From assembly GCA_964035545.1 (NCBI GenBank), contig OZ037768.1, forward strand, positions 4,000,741 through 4,064,740: a stretch of 64,000 nt of DNA. The letters are read 5' to 3'. The stretch is from Bugula neritina (taxonomy: Eukaryota > Animalia > Bryozoa). The notes beneath the pieces were generated by a model. That model worked only from the letters and a program-made list of their open reading frames with translations, had not been told where the DNA came from and made no database searches. The position numbers were made by a program, and so were the translations under genes. Each line of letters starts with the position of its first letter. Positions within the stretch are counted from its first letter, which is position 1. This document shows positions 14,291 to 27,600 of the stretch, in pieces.

Positions 14291-15095
14291 TGAAACTCAC
14301 CTTATGCTAAGCATAATTTATAAAGCTGCTTATCTTCTTATCCAAAAAATCTACATCAAAGCTTAGTATATTTATAATCAAAAATATGTAAAACGTTATC
14401 AAATTAGAAACTGAAAAAGATAACAATCGCTACCGCGGGCGTGAATTGACGAAAAGCAAATTAAAACTGAAAATGAAATTGCTGGCAACTTCCGACTTTA
14501 TAAAACATACCCACTAGTATTTTGTCCAGTAATAATAATTATTGTCGTTATATGTAGACATGTCGTTAAGATGCATGCAATACAAAGATTTTAAGCTATT
14601 TGCGTCTCAGGCAATAAACGTGCTCTAGTAAAAGTCAGTTAAAATCGTCGTTATTACGATGAATGGATGGTCAAAATAATATAGTTGTACGATTTTAGCA
14701 AATTGCTGTTTCAAGCTTGAGCATTTCAGACAAATATCCGCTGTAACAAAAAAGATTTCAATTTTAATTGAATGAAGTTTTAATCATTTGAAATTTGTAA
14801 AGCTTGACTTATTATATATTATGTTCATTGGGTTCATAATTAAAAGAAAAAACATTTTTTAAATGCAAAAGTTTTGCTCTATAATTTAATTATCTGGATA
14901 ATTAATTACTAAAAGTACACTAAGATTTATCATTTGATTTGAGAGGCAAGTTAAAAAACTCAAAAGCTGATGTCTAACTCTTACTCCAAGTACACTAACT
15001 GCAGTTGTATAATTGGTCTTGTACTCTTATAGGTATAGTGACACGGATAATCATACTAGACCGATGCTTCTGTGAAACGCTTCAACTTTTAAGAA

Positions 15096-18000
15096 ATGAG
15101 TCACAACTTTAAACTGGGTAAGTTAAAAGTAACGGTAACGGGTAATGTCTAAAATTTACATAGCCATGCTCATACTCGCTACCAGTATTAGTGATACTCA
15201 GAGTGGACACAGGTATAGTCTTCTTAACAATTACAAACTGTTATTATTGATAAAATTTAATTATATGATTATTCAAAGTGCCAATTCTTTTCAATTTCCT
15301 TACTGTCAAATACAGTTTTGTTTAAAGATCATAACAACTAACAAGTTATTGTTTTTATGGCTTATCACAATTTTAGTTAGTTTTACTTTTTAAGTCAAAC
15401 ATAAATTATTTTGTGGTTGTAGTTCATCAGACACTGGTGATCAGTAGAATCAGTTTTGAAAAGCAGTTAGTAGTGGTAAGTTTTTAAAACTGTTCATTGT
15501 GCTCAATAACTATTCCGTTTCACTTCTCTAGTAGTTAATGTGGTGAAATATGTAAAAAATTGTTTGAAGCAAAACGGTTTTTGTATGAGGAACTATTACA
15601 GTTATTATTTTAGATCAAGTCAATAAGTTTTATTGTCAGAATTTCATTATTTTTGATAAAATGTAGTCCAGAAATAAATTAAGCAAAGTAAAAATCTGCA
15701 ATGTTGTAGCTTATTATAATTGCAATGTGCTTTATATATCTACTTACTTTGTGTACATCTACCTTTTTGTGTACATTTAATCTCTCATTACATATCTACT
15801 TGCATTGCATGCACCTACTTTCATTGTATACATCTGTACTAAACTTTACTTATTTCGCATGCATCTATTTGCTTTATTTTAGGCATTAGCAGAATTTCAT
15901 TTCCTGCCCTTGGTTCCTGATTCAACAACACTGAGACTAAACTGCAAGCAGAGTCATATCCTTTTTATTCAAAACTTTCAATGTAGCTAAGGAATAGTTT
16001 TTTTTATTTCCAGAACAGAAAAATGAATATTGTTTCTTAGTCATCATGACCTAAATGTTTATTGTTAGAGTCAATGTTTTATTTCGTGACTGCTTAAGGT
16101 GTTGAAGTTTGTTGATTATAATCCTTGACCAAGTTGTTTCACGGATATTTGAGGTTGTAGTAAATGATATCTACTCTGCTGAATACGAGTACTGTGACCC
16201 TACTCTCCAACCAGTCTCAGACCCAGTAGCTGCGTAAGTTAGCGTGCCATGTTTGTTACGGACAAATTGAGAAATTTTCTTTTAATCTGCTATTGAAATA
16301 ATCTATTTTTGTCTCCTCAACAGATTTTGATTTGAATTTTTGTGATGATTTTTTAAGTTTTCTTTTGTAATTTTTAATAGTTGTGGGTAGTTTTCCTTTC
16401 AATTTCTGTGTGGCTGCTCTGGGATCGCTAGTTGTTCATTTCATCTGAACACATTACTTTTTCATCAATACAATTTCACTGTGCAATAAATGAATAATAA
16501 TGAGACTTTGCTTGCAGGCATACTCTGGATACATTTCAAAATGCTGAGATTGAAGCATTCGACAGCGTTAACGCTGACAAACGTCTGGGAGAGCTCATAA
16601 TTCACTTACCAAAAGAAGTTGAAGATGATGTAAATAGTAAGTTACACTGTGTATGTCTGAAAATATGTTATGTCACGCAGATTTATGTTGTAATAGTAAA
16701 TCTAAAGAGCTGTGCCCATATTATTATGACTGACTACAACTTTTACTGAAATACACCATGCATTTAATTTTGACAAGAAACTCAAAGTTGTTGATTGATA
16801 AAACGAGTTTCAAGTGGTGGTTATTCACTCTTTTCATAGTGTTTGTCTCTTTATATGCTATTTAGCTGTTTGCGTATTTATTATGTTTTTGTTTTTTTAA
16901 TTTTTGAATTAATAATAACACCTACTTTGTTATTTGCTGCTGCTTCATAATAAAGATGTTGAAATATTTTTTAAGATGGTAGAAAATTTATACTGTCGAT
17001 TGAATTTGCCCTCCATGAGCCTGCCGGAGGTTTACATTTCGTGTTACCAAGGATGAAAGACGGAACACTGTTGAGAAATGCTATGCATCTCTTCTCATAT
17101 GGAGAACACAACTCTGCCAGGTATAAAACACTTGTTTATTTTAACGTATGCCAATGGTTGTTGGTTGGCCGATGGTTGTAAATATACTGATGTAAAGCTC
17201 TCTGTGATTGGTTTGTACTCCGTTATATTCATTTTTAGAATGTGGTTTCCTTGTATTGACTCGTACAATGAGCTCTGTACTTGGAAGATAGAAGTGACTG
17301 TAGAAGCTATGATGGTAGCAATCACGGCTGGAGAGCTCATAGATACAGTTACATCTTCTGATGGGAAGGAGAAAACATACGTGTATGAGTTGAACGTTCC
17401 TACTTCAGCCTGCAACATTGCTCTGGCTGTTGGGTAGGTAGACATTATAGGCATGTAGTTTTGAGCAAAGATGTTTATATACTATATGAAATAAATGGGT
17501 GCCACTCTGCTGTTTTTTAGCTATATTATAACTTAGTTAATTAATATTAAAAGAAAATAAATATTAAAAGTTTGAGAGAAAATAGACATTATAGTAGGTC
17601 TGGACTAATATGCAGGACTACGCTGGTAGATTAAACACTAGAAAAAAATGTAACTTTTGTCGAAGTTCTAAAGCTATGTTGTAGCATGGTTTGAGATGCC
17701 CAAAGTTCACCCGTAAACTCAGATTTCTTGCACAGATTGTGTCTATAGAAAGCTAATTGCTTTTTATAAGATAGGTTACCCTAGATTAGTATTTTTATAA
17801 GACATATATCCACTACTCTTTTTACTCTATGCCATGCTGTGTTACTTTGCTAAACTGAAGAATGAGTAGTATTTTACTGTAGGCCATTCGAATGTCACAT
17901 AGACCCCAACATGAACGAGGTGAAACACTACTGTCTGCCACATCTCATGCCCATACTCAAGTCTACCACTGCCACTCTTCATGAAGTGAGCTTTTCTACG

Positions 18001-21000
18001 TACAAATTTATTATATTATATTTTCATATTATATACTCTTTGCTTATTTTACTTGCTCTTTATTATTGGTTATTTAACTGCATCATCATATTTCACATGT
18101 CTTTTGAGTATGTTGCTAAACTGGTGTGTTGAAGCCATTTCAATGCTTGAGTATATTTCATACTAAACTATCATCATTCACTCTGCTGTAGGTAATGCTA
18201 GACGTTGAGTTCACATCTTGGTGTTAATATTACAGGCATTTGAGTTCTATGAAGAGATGCTGTCTGTAAGATACCCGTATCCTGCGTATAAACAGGTGTT
18301 TGTTGATGAAGCGTACACCGACTCTCATATCTGCTCCTCCATCACCATATTCAGGTATCTTCTCACAGTTGCTCTAGTAGAGGCTATTTTTAGCATCATA
18401 GATAAAGTGTCATAATGGGACAGCTGTAGTCATTGTCTGGTGGGTAAGCCTGGTCATGTGTCTTTTTGATGACCTAAAAAAAATGTTTTTTCAAACTGCT
18501 GTTGTATTATACTTTGTATACCATATCCCATCGTGCTTTCCCAATGTGTGTATATTAAGTGTTTGTACCTTATGTTCATCTGGATATGTATATTTTAGCA
18601 CCAATTTGCTACACTCCAGTAGAATTATTGATCAGAATCCATTAAGCAGGTTTGAGCAAGCTCTTGGGATAGCACATCAGTTCTTTGGATGTTTCATATC
18701 CAGAAGAAGTTGGTGAGTGTGAATTTTGTATTGTATATTATTATATATAAAGTGTAATATGTTATATAAAATTTAATATTTATATAAATATAATGTGAAT
18801 AAAATTGTGAGAGATGTGTTATATAATATTCAATAAAGCAAATATCCAGTTTTCGACTCAATTCCTTGATTCTTTTCAGTTTTCAAAACTTGAAGATGAG
18901 ATTGAAAATTGAGTAAACAATTTAATTTTTTTGCTATCAAGTTTTGTAATCATCTTTGCAAAGTTTATAAAACAAGTTTTGTTGTAAAATATACATTAAA
19001 GCTGTGCGGGTTGTTCTGTAATGTAGCTTCATATTTAAGGTACGATGCATGGCTCACAATTGGCATATCCAGATATCTAACATACCAATACCTGAAAGCC
19101 ACATTTGGTAACAATGAATACAGGTATTGTGTTAGACAAGTGAGTATCTTTTAAATCTAATATTAGAACTGAGAAAAATAGAGTCAAAGTTGCTAGTTCA
19201 AGACTATAAGCAAAAAGTTTGAAATTTTCTTTAATTTAAAATTATACAGGATAATACTGTGATTATGTGAATATATTGAGGAGTAATATGTAAGATGTCG
19301 TACATAACTATATGTACCTGTATGTAACGCTACCTAGCTGTAAATAACTGTAGATGCTGTTAGATGTGTGTGACTATGAGCAGAGAGAAACGCCCATAAT
19401 TCTCGACTCTTCAACTACAATGAGCAGGTCATACTTTGACATAAACCGCCCCCAGACTATCCCCTCTGAGTACGTTAATGTGTTTACCAAGAAGTCCTGT
19501 CTCGTTCTCAGAATGCTGGAGAATCGCCTTGGAAAGGAGCTTCTCCTACAGGTTGTTGGAACTTAATGTTTTATCTAGCATAGAGATTATATATTAATAC
19601 ATTATTTATGATGTTATGCATTGCAGCTGGAAGGATCATAAGGTTATTAAATGTTTATATCAAGAAGTCCTTATATGTCTGCTAGACTCTAGAGTTTCCA
19701 TGATCCTATGAATAGAACCACCTTATCTATTATGAGTAGTTTCCATGACTTTGTCGAGTCCAGCATTACTCTGATTATTTAGTCTCCTTATTTTCTTTCC
19801 TCAGGTGTTCAACAAGATGCTGTCGTTGGCAGCGTTGTCATCAAGCTCTGAGTATAGCACGGGGATGTGGGACAATGTTATGGTATCTACCAAATCTGTG
19901 AGTACATTGTATTACTATTACATTGTTTACATGTTACATTGTATTACATGTTATATTGTATTACTCTTATATTGTATTACTGTTATATTGTATTACTGTA
20001 ACAATGTATTACATGTCATTATTTCTAACTAATATTCCCATGTGTCTCAGGCAGTTTGTGCATCTTTGAATTGATTCTGCAGTAGATAATGTTGTTATAA
20101 TTATTGGAGTTGTCGTCTGTTTTGTTATAGTTTTCCAAGAGCGTGTTTACAGTCACTGGTAAAGACTTAGAAGTGTTTATTAACCAGTGGGTCTATCAAT
20201 CGGGGTGTGCTTACTTCACCGGGAAATGTAAGTTCAACAAGAAGAGAAATGTTGTAGAACTTGAGCTAAAGCAAGATAGTTCCGGCAAAGGCGTGCTCAA
20301 GTATGTGGTGAGTATGACAGATAGTTTTGAGAGTTATTGTCTCTCTCTCTAAGGCCAGCTATACCCCTATACTGGTAAATATAGTTGTACGAGTTATTGT
20401 CACTCGGCAGCACTATTTTGTGTCTCTGCTGCCGCTTGTCCCCAATAGTGCCAGACTGTTCACCATAGTTAAGATGAAGCATACATATAATTTCGTCAGT
20501 TGTCCTGCTTGCAGTCTGCATTTTCTGTTGGAGATTGGTGATGGGTATTTCTAATTTACTAATATTAAGTAGGAATGTTCATGGTGCTAAGTTTTAATTC
20601 AATTTAATAAAATTGATTCACTTAGTGTGTTTTCATTAAACACACTGAATCTGGCTGTTGCAGTTTTAACAAAATTAACATGCATTATATTTGTAGTACA
20701 TTTTATTTATATTTTATGCAATATTTGTAATATCTGGGAGTTTATGGCTTGTGTGTAACCTGCAGGGCCCCCTGGAGGTTACGATACAGGAGTTGGACGG
20801 CTCCTTCAATCACACCTTTAAGATTGAAGAGAATAAGACTAAGTTTGAGATTACGTGTCACTCGAAGAGTCGGCGTCAGAAGAAAAAGAAGATTCCGCTG
20901 ATGACAGGTGAAGAGGTGGAGATGGACATGGCCAGTTTGGAGTGAGTTGAGTCTTTCTACTACCTCCATGTTGTTTGCTTACAGAGTTTCTGTTAAAGTT

Positions 21001-24000
21001 GACTGTTTCTGAAATATATTTTTGTTTTTGTGTATAATTATCTCGCAAAAAATACCGGATAGAGAAATTTTAATTTAATAATTATTGACAGCAAGCATTA
21101 TTCTATTCACATGTTAAATGATCCAAGGAACAGTGATCTTTGTTTTACTTGCTTTTTAGAGATTTGTTGTTAGTTTATAAAATTTATATTGCAAAAAATT
21201 GCGCTTCAGCTGCAAAATGATTTTTTTTACAGATGATTCTAATCATTTCGTATTACAGTGTATTTTGCTGCAACAAATTGTGATAATTTGCAAAAGTAAC
21301 AGGTTTTTTCTGTGACTTCCTATACGTATGTACTTTGGTCTCAGTTAGAAAGTTGTCTTTTCTTAGTTGTTATATTCTCCTGACACTGTAATCCCTTTCA
21401 GCCCTGACTCTCCCATGATATGGCTGCGTATAGACCCCAACATGCTAATACTGAGGAAGTTAAACTGGGAGCTGACAGACACTATGTGGCAGTATCAGCT
21501 GAAGTATGAGAGAGACGTGGTGGCGCAGTGTGAGGTGAGGAGTAGATAATTTGTAACTTTATGCTCTTGTTATGTAACGTGTTGTATCGCTGTCAGGTTC
21601 ATATATTTTTGCATATATCAAAATATTTAGATTGTGCTTCATCAGAAGATTTCATTACATAAAATATAACATTGACTGCGATGAAGCCAAACACAGTAGC
21701 ATCTTGTAGCTCTGATAACTTTCTAGTCACTTACCACCTCTGCTTTGTATTCTAAACTCTGATAAAGTGTTGTGTAGTTGAAACATAGTATTGGTAATGA
21801 ATAACTATCCTTTATACGGAATATTTATTTTCTGAAATTAAATTTGGGTGACTCTAGTTTTTATTTTGTATAAATACTATTTAACACCAATTTACGTTAT
21901 CTCAATTAACTGTAATTTCATACTGTATAAATATTGTGTGTTGCAATAAGATCCAAGCCGCATAGCAGTTAGATGAGAAAAATTGAACACTAAATCACAG
22001 TAGACATATGGTTTTTTAGTTATTAGATTTGCAAATTTTAACATGTTAAATTTGCCCCAAGTGATGCATCTTTGTTTTAAACTGTTTTCAGTTAATATAT
22101 GTTAGAACATAAAAATTAAGTATTGCATATATGCGCGTGCATGTGTGTACTACAATATTACAATATTACATAATAATTCTGTTGCTGATTGTAGGCTCTT
22201 CATGCATTGGAGTCTGAAAAGGATTTTGCTACCTCTGCTACCAGATCAACTCTCATGGAGATTGTTGATGATGACCATTGTTTCTATAAAGTTAGGATAA
22301 TGGCAACTCATTCATTAGTCAAGGTATGCTATATTTATACAAGTGTATTCCAATACATTTACAGATTTTATATATAAATTAATCAAATATAATTACACCT
22401 GGATATTGTGGAATATCTTGTAACTGTTAACTTAACTCAGCTGTTCACTCTGCTGTATTGACTGACTGAAGGTCTGACGGGATTGGCTGATGACTCGTTT
22501 CAGGTAGCCAATCAGATGATGTGGTCAGGCCCTCCTCCAATGCTGCACGTTTTTCAAAAAAAGTTTGGCTCCAATTCTTGCTCTAACATCGTTCGACAAC
22601 TCAAGTTCAAGAATTTTCAAAGGTAGACTGATTGCTAAAATTTCAAATTAAATATTTTTTTTAAATTGTCTTTTCTTTTGTACATCTGTTTATGTCAATC
22701 TGTAGTTTCTCTGTTTTATGTACAGCTCTCTGATATTATAATTGTGCCTTGGAGTTATCTACCCAACTTCTACAGCTAGTAAACCAATTTAAGATTCTAT
22801 GTATAAGGCCTACTTATATTATTATTAATATATTTAGCAACTGTTAAAAACTAAATTCACTTGTTTACCTCTGCTGATCATTTTTAATATGGTTGTATGA
22901 TACACACGTGTACATATCTATTAATATATATCATAGATTATATTTATATGAAGATATATCATATAATCTAGATAATTTCGCTCTGCAGTTACTACTTGCA
23001 AAGAGCTCTACCAGTTGCTATGGCTAACACAAGGACCACCACAACTATATGTCCCACAGAGATCACTCATTTTATATTAGATCTGTTCAGATACAGTGAT
23101 AACAGCAGGAACAAGGTGGGTCACATGTCGTATGGTACATGATGCCGGTGTATTGTATTATAATACATACATATATAATATTCTGTGTACTATTTTAAAT
23201 ACTTACATGTATCATTAACAGACTTGTACTCTTAACTTAATTGAATTATTCATTTAAACCATTGTCAACTGTTTAAATAATTAATTCGTTTGACTTTGTA
23301 GTTATGCCCCATGTTTTGAATGTTTGAATTATATTGTTGTCTAGCTGGAAATTCTAGTTTATATAAGATTGTGTTGAAAAGCTTCACATGTAACCAAGTC
23401 GTTTATGCGTACGTTTATTGTTTCTTCGTACTCATCATTTGAGACCTAATACTTCATCTAGTAGTATAGTGACTGTATAGTTACAGTGTGCTGACATTGA
23501 TAATCCAACACTGGGTGTGTGGTTGTAGTACTCTGACTGTTACTACGTCGCATCCCTAGTTGAGGCAGCTACAAATACTATTTCTATATCAACGTCCATC
23601 AAGTAAGTTTATAAATTCACCTTCAAGTCAGAGTGTATAGATTGCAATAAAATATTACATTCTAAAATTTTATACAATACTAGAAGCTGTGTATGTTATC
23701 ATATATATTGCAGTATGTATTGATAGTTTATATTGTATTATTATTAATTATAAATTTGTTACTTCATATAATGAAACTGATGGTAGTCTAAGTGTTATTT
23801 ATTTGATACACATGATTTTCAGGAGTGTATTATATCATACAGTTCTACAACCTGCATGTAGTTCACACACTAGCAATCTCATGTTACAGTTCATTGTCCA
23901 ATGAGTCTAAGCTAATTCTCGAGGAAGTCACCAGACTCTTGAATTTGGAGAAAGTTCTTCCCTCATACCGAAATGTCATCACAATCAGGTGATTCCTTTA

Positions 24001-24569
24001 CTCTTGTACACGTAGAGTAACCATCAACTAGTAATAGTAGTAGTAGTAGCAGCAGCAGCAGCAGTAGTAGTAGCACTAGTAGTAGTAGCAGTAGTAGTAG
24101 TAGCAGTAATAGCAGTAGTAACAGTAGCAGTAGTAACAGTAGCAGTAGTAACAGTAGCAGTAGTAACAGTAGCAGTAGTAACAGTAGCAGTAGTAACAGT
24201 AGCAGTAGTAGTAGCAGCAGTAGTAGTAGCAGCAGTAGTAGTAACAGTAGTAGTAGCAGCAGTAGTAGTAACAGTAGTAGTAGTAACAGTAGTAGTAGTA
24301 ACAGTAGCAGTAGTAACAGTAGCAGTAGTAACAGTAGCAGTAGTAGTAGCAGCAGTAGTAGTAGCAGCAGTAGTAGTAACAGTAGTAGTAGTAGTAGCAG
24401 CAGTAGTAGTAACAGTAGTAGTAGTAACAGTAGTAGTAGTAACAGTAGCAGTAGTAACAGTAGCAGTAGTAACAGTAGCAGTAGTAGTAGCAGCAGTAGT
24501 AGTAGCAGCAGTAGTAGTAACAGTAGTAGTAGTAGTAGCAGCAGTAGTAGTAACAGTAGTAGTAGTAAC

Positions 24570-24607
<38 letters not shown>

Positions 24608-27600
24608 CAGTAGTAGTAGCAGTAGTAGTAGCAGTAGTAGCAGTAGTAGTAGTAGTAGTAGTAGTTAGTGCTTTCCTTGTCTAGACGTAAAGTATAACTA
24701 TTTTCAATTTCATTTTTCATTTGTAATTTTGTAGTTTATTAAAAGTTGACAAACCACTGCAATGGCATGGTTCTGCATATCAAAATATATATTCTTTTGC
24801 ATTTAAATTCACCCGGAAGTATCATTTTTTATTTCTACTTTGATAGTCATTTTTTATTTATCTGTTGAAATACTTGTAGCTGCCTCAAGTGTGTGAGAAC
24901 ATTACAGCAGAAAGGTCACTTACCAAGTACCTCTACTCTTTTCAAAAGTTATGCACAGTTTGGCATGTTTATAGATGTGCGTCTTGCTGCTCTAGACATC
25001 ATTAGTGGCTTTCTAACAGGTGAGTCAGCAACAATTACAAATAGCCTGAGTTACTGAATTAATCATTAAACTGTCTGCCGAGGGGAGGCACTGTCACCTC
25101 CCAACATCAACTCAAGAACATGAACTTGGTATATATAGTAATGCTGAAACTGTCGAAAATTTATAAGCTGGTTTTGCTGGTAGGCAACGTAGTGAGTAAT
25201 AATTGCTAATAACTTTTTTATATTTCTGGTAGATATAAAGTTAATAAAGTAAATAGGAATTTTTTATGTATCGTTATATTTTACCTCATAAGATATGTGT
25301 GCCCATTTCCCATTCAATGCTTCTCTTGACTAGGCAATTGCATGAAAGCCATTGTACAGCTGATAATACTGAATTTATCAGGTGTTGTGCTACAAGATTT
25401 CCCTATTTTTTGTTGCAATTAATTTCACTCCCAATCTGTGCTTCAGAGGGGGAGACCCAGAAACCTCAGCTGGATTATCTGCTGGATTTGGTGGAGAAGG
25501 ATCCAGTACCCCGAGTGAGACATCACATCCTATTGGCTCTCGTAACTCAGCATAGCGCAATTTCCTCTCTCATCACCACACAGTATATTCTAAACATCAG
25601 CAACCAACTCTGGAAACTTATGAAGTGGGGCTAGATAGTTTCATGGTCTACCTACTTATTTTATATTTTTGTAGAGTTGCATTATTTAAAATATTTTGTT
25701 GAGCAAATTGTAAACTATATATGCTGACGTTTTTTCGCTCATCGCTATTTAATATTAATATTTAATTTTAATTCAATGTTATTAAGTAACTGATTTTAGA
25801 AAGTGTCATGTTGTAATACTGGTATGGTTAACCTGCATCCTAACTTAAGAACAAACTTACTATATGAATTAAGAAACGCCAAAGTCGCTTTCCATGACCT
25901 CATTTACACAGACCTAAATAAATATTTGAGTATTGTATAGTCTGTTTTATTGTTAGCAAAATTTAGCTGATGTATGTCTATGTTTAAACAATGTGTGTTT
26001 CAGTCTGTTCTGTGGCCAAGATACCAAGCTGTGTTCTGAAGTTGTTGAGCTTTATTATAAGCTGTTTGGTAACAAAAACCCCCAATCTTTGGTGCCAGAA
26101 GAGGTGAGGCTAAGCCTGCACGATGTTTCGATGTTAAACGATGTTTTCGATGTGACCTACCAATCGAATCACTGATTATCAGTTTATTAACAACCGAAAG
26201 CCATCGACCCATTGAACTATAAACTTATAGTTTCAACTTTCAGTTCAGTGCATCGACTAAAGTTTCGGTGTCTTGGAGTTGCTCTCTCTTTATAACCGTT
26301 TTTCTTTTGCATGCCTTCTCAAGTTAGTTCGTTATGCCGCTCCGTTAGGAGTATTAGAATTTGTAAAGTAACTGCTGTATCCTAAAATGGAGTTAGTCCC
26401 TCAGACTATTGTTAGCGCATAAGCAGAAAAGGCGGTAAAAAATAGCAGTAGTCAGTAGAGCAAGAAAAATGGCTGAAGCTGATGATGACATTCAATTGAT
26501 TGATGAATCGGTGAGTAATGTTTTGCTGTTGGTGTTGAGTTAGCTGATTTTCTATACCAACTTAACTAAAGGTGGGACAGGAGTTTGCTAATTTTATGGT
26601 GACTTATTAAAGTTTTCATGCAGTAATAATAATAATATTAATTATTACTATTACTTATACTATTAGTATTACTAATACTAATAGTAATAGTAATAGTAAT
26701 ACTAAGTTTAATACTAATACTAATAGTAATAGTAATACTATTAGTATTACTATTACTATTAGTATTAGCATTAAACTTAGTATTACTATTACTATTACTG
26801 TATTAGTATTAGTAACACCAACAGTAACTGTAAGTATTATTTATTAATTTATTATTTATTTATTAATTTATTTATTCATTCAAACTAAATTATCACTATC
26901 TATGCGATGGTCTATAGAGTCTATGATTATTGCTACCATTATTATCATAAATAATCACATTGATTTGATTTTATTCTTAAAGTTAATACTAATGAAAAAT
27001 ATTGTTGTAAATAATGCAGTTATTCAAATGATTATCTATAATAATGAATCATTACCAGTCAGGCCAACGAGGTGGCCATACTCCCTTATAAAAGTTTGCA
27101 TGCAGTAATACTAATATTAATAATAATAATATTAATTATTACTATCAGTATTAGTAAGTATTATTAATTTATTTATCCATTCAAACTAAATTATCACTAT
27201 TTACTATCTATGCGATGGTCTATAGAGTCTATGATTATTGTTACCATTATTATCATAAATAATCACATTGATTTGATTCCTAATACTAATAAAAAAATAT
27301 TGTACTAAGGTAGTAGAATCTATTTAGAATCTCAGTCTGAGTATACGAAGGTAGTAGGCCTAATAATGATTCAAATGATTATCGTCTTAGTGTGGCATGC
27401 CCTTGAAATTCCTTGCTGATAGTAAGTTGGGTTATGATAAAAATGTATTAATTTACATCTGCTACGGATTGTGACTTTAATCACATAAGATCAATTACCA
27501 AAATTTACCATTGTTACAATAATAAATAATGGGATGTCATCTTCCTCAGCTGGAACTTAATGTCTGATTTATCTTCTTGCAGGCAGAGGAGAATGAAACA

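Noticed and set aside
15735-15875. Degenerate ~19-bp repeat (ATCTAC..TGTAC) in TAF2 intron 2
   Set aside because: Decayed minisatellite. No constant repeat with unique spacers, so not CRISPR-like.
24076-24720. 214-aa Tyr/Cys-rich ORF
   Set aside because: Antisense reading of the AGT/AGC/AAC satellite inside a TAF2 intron.
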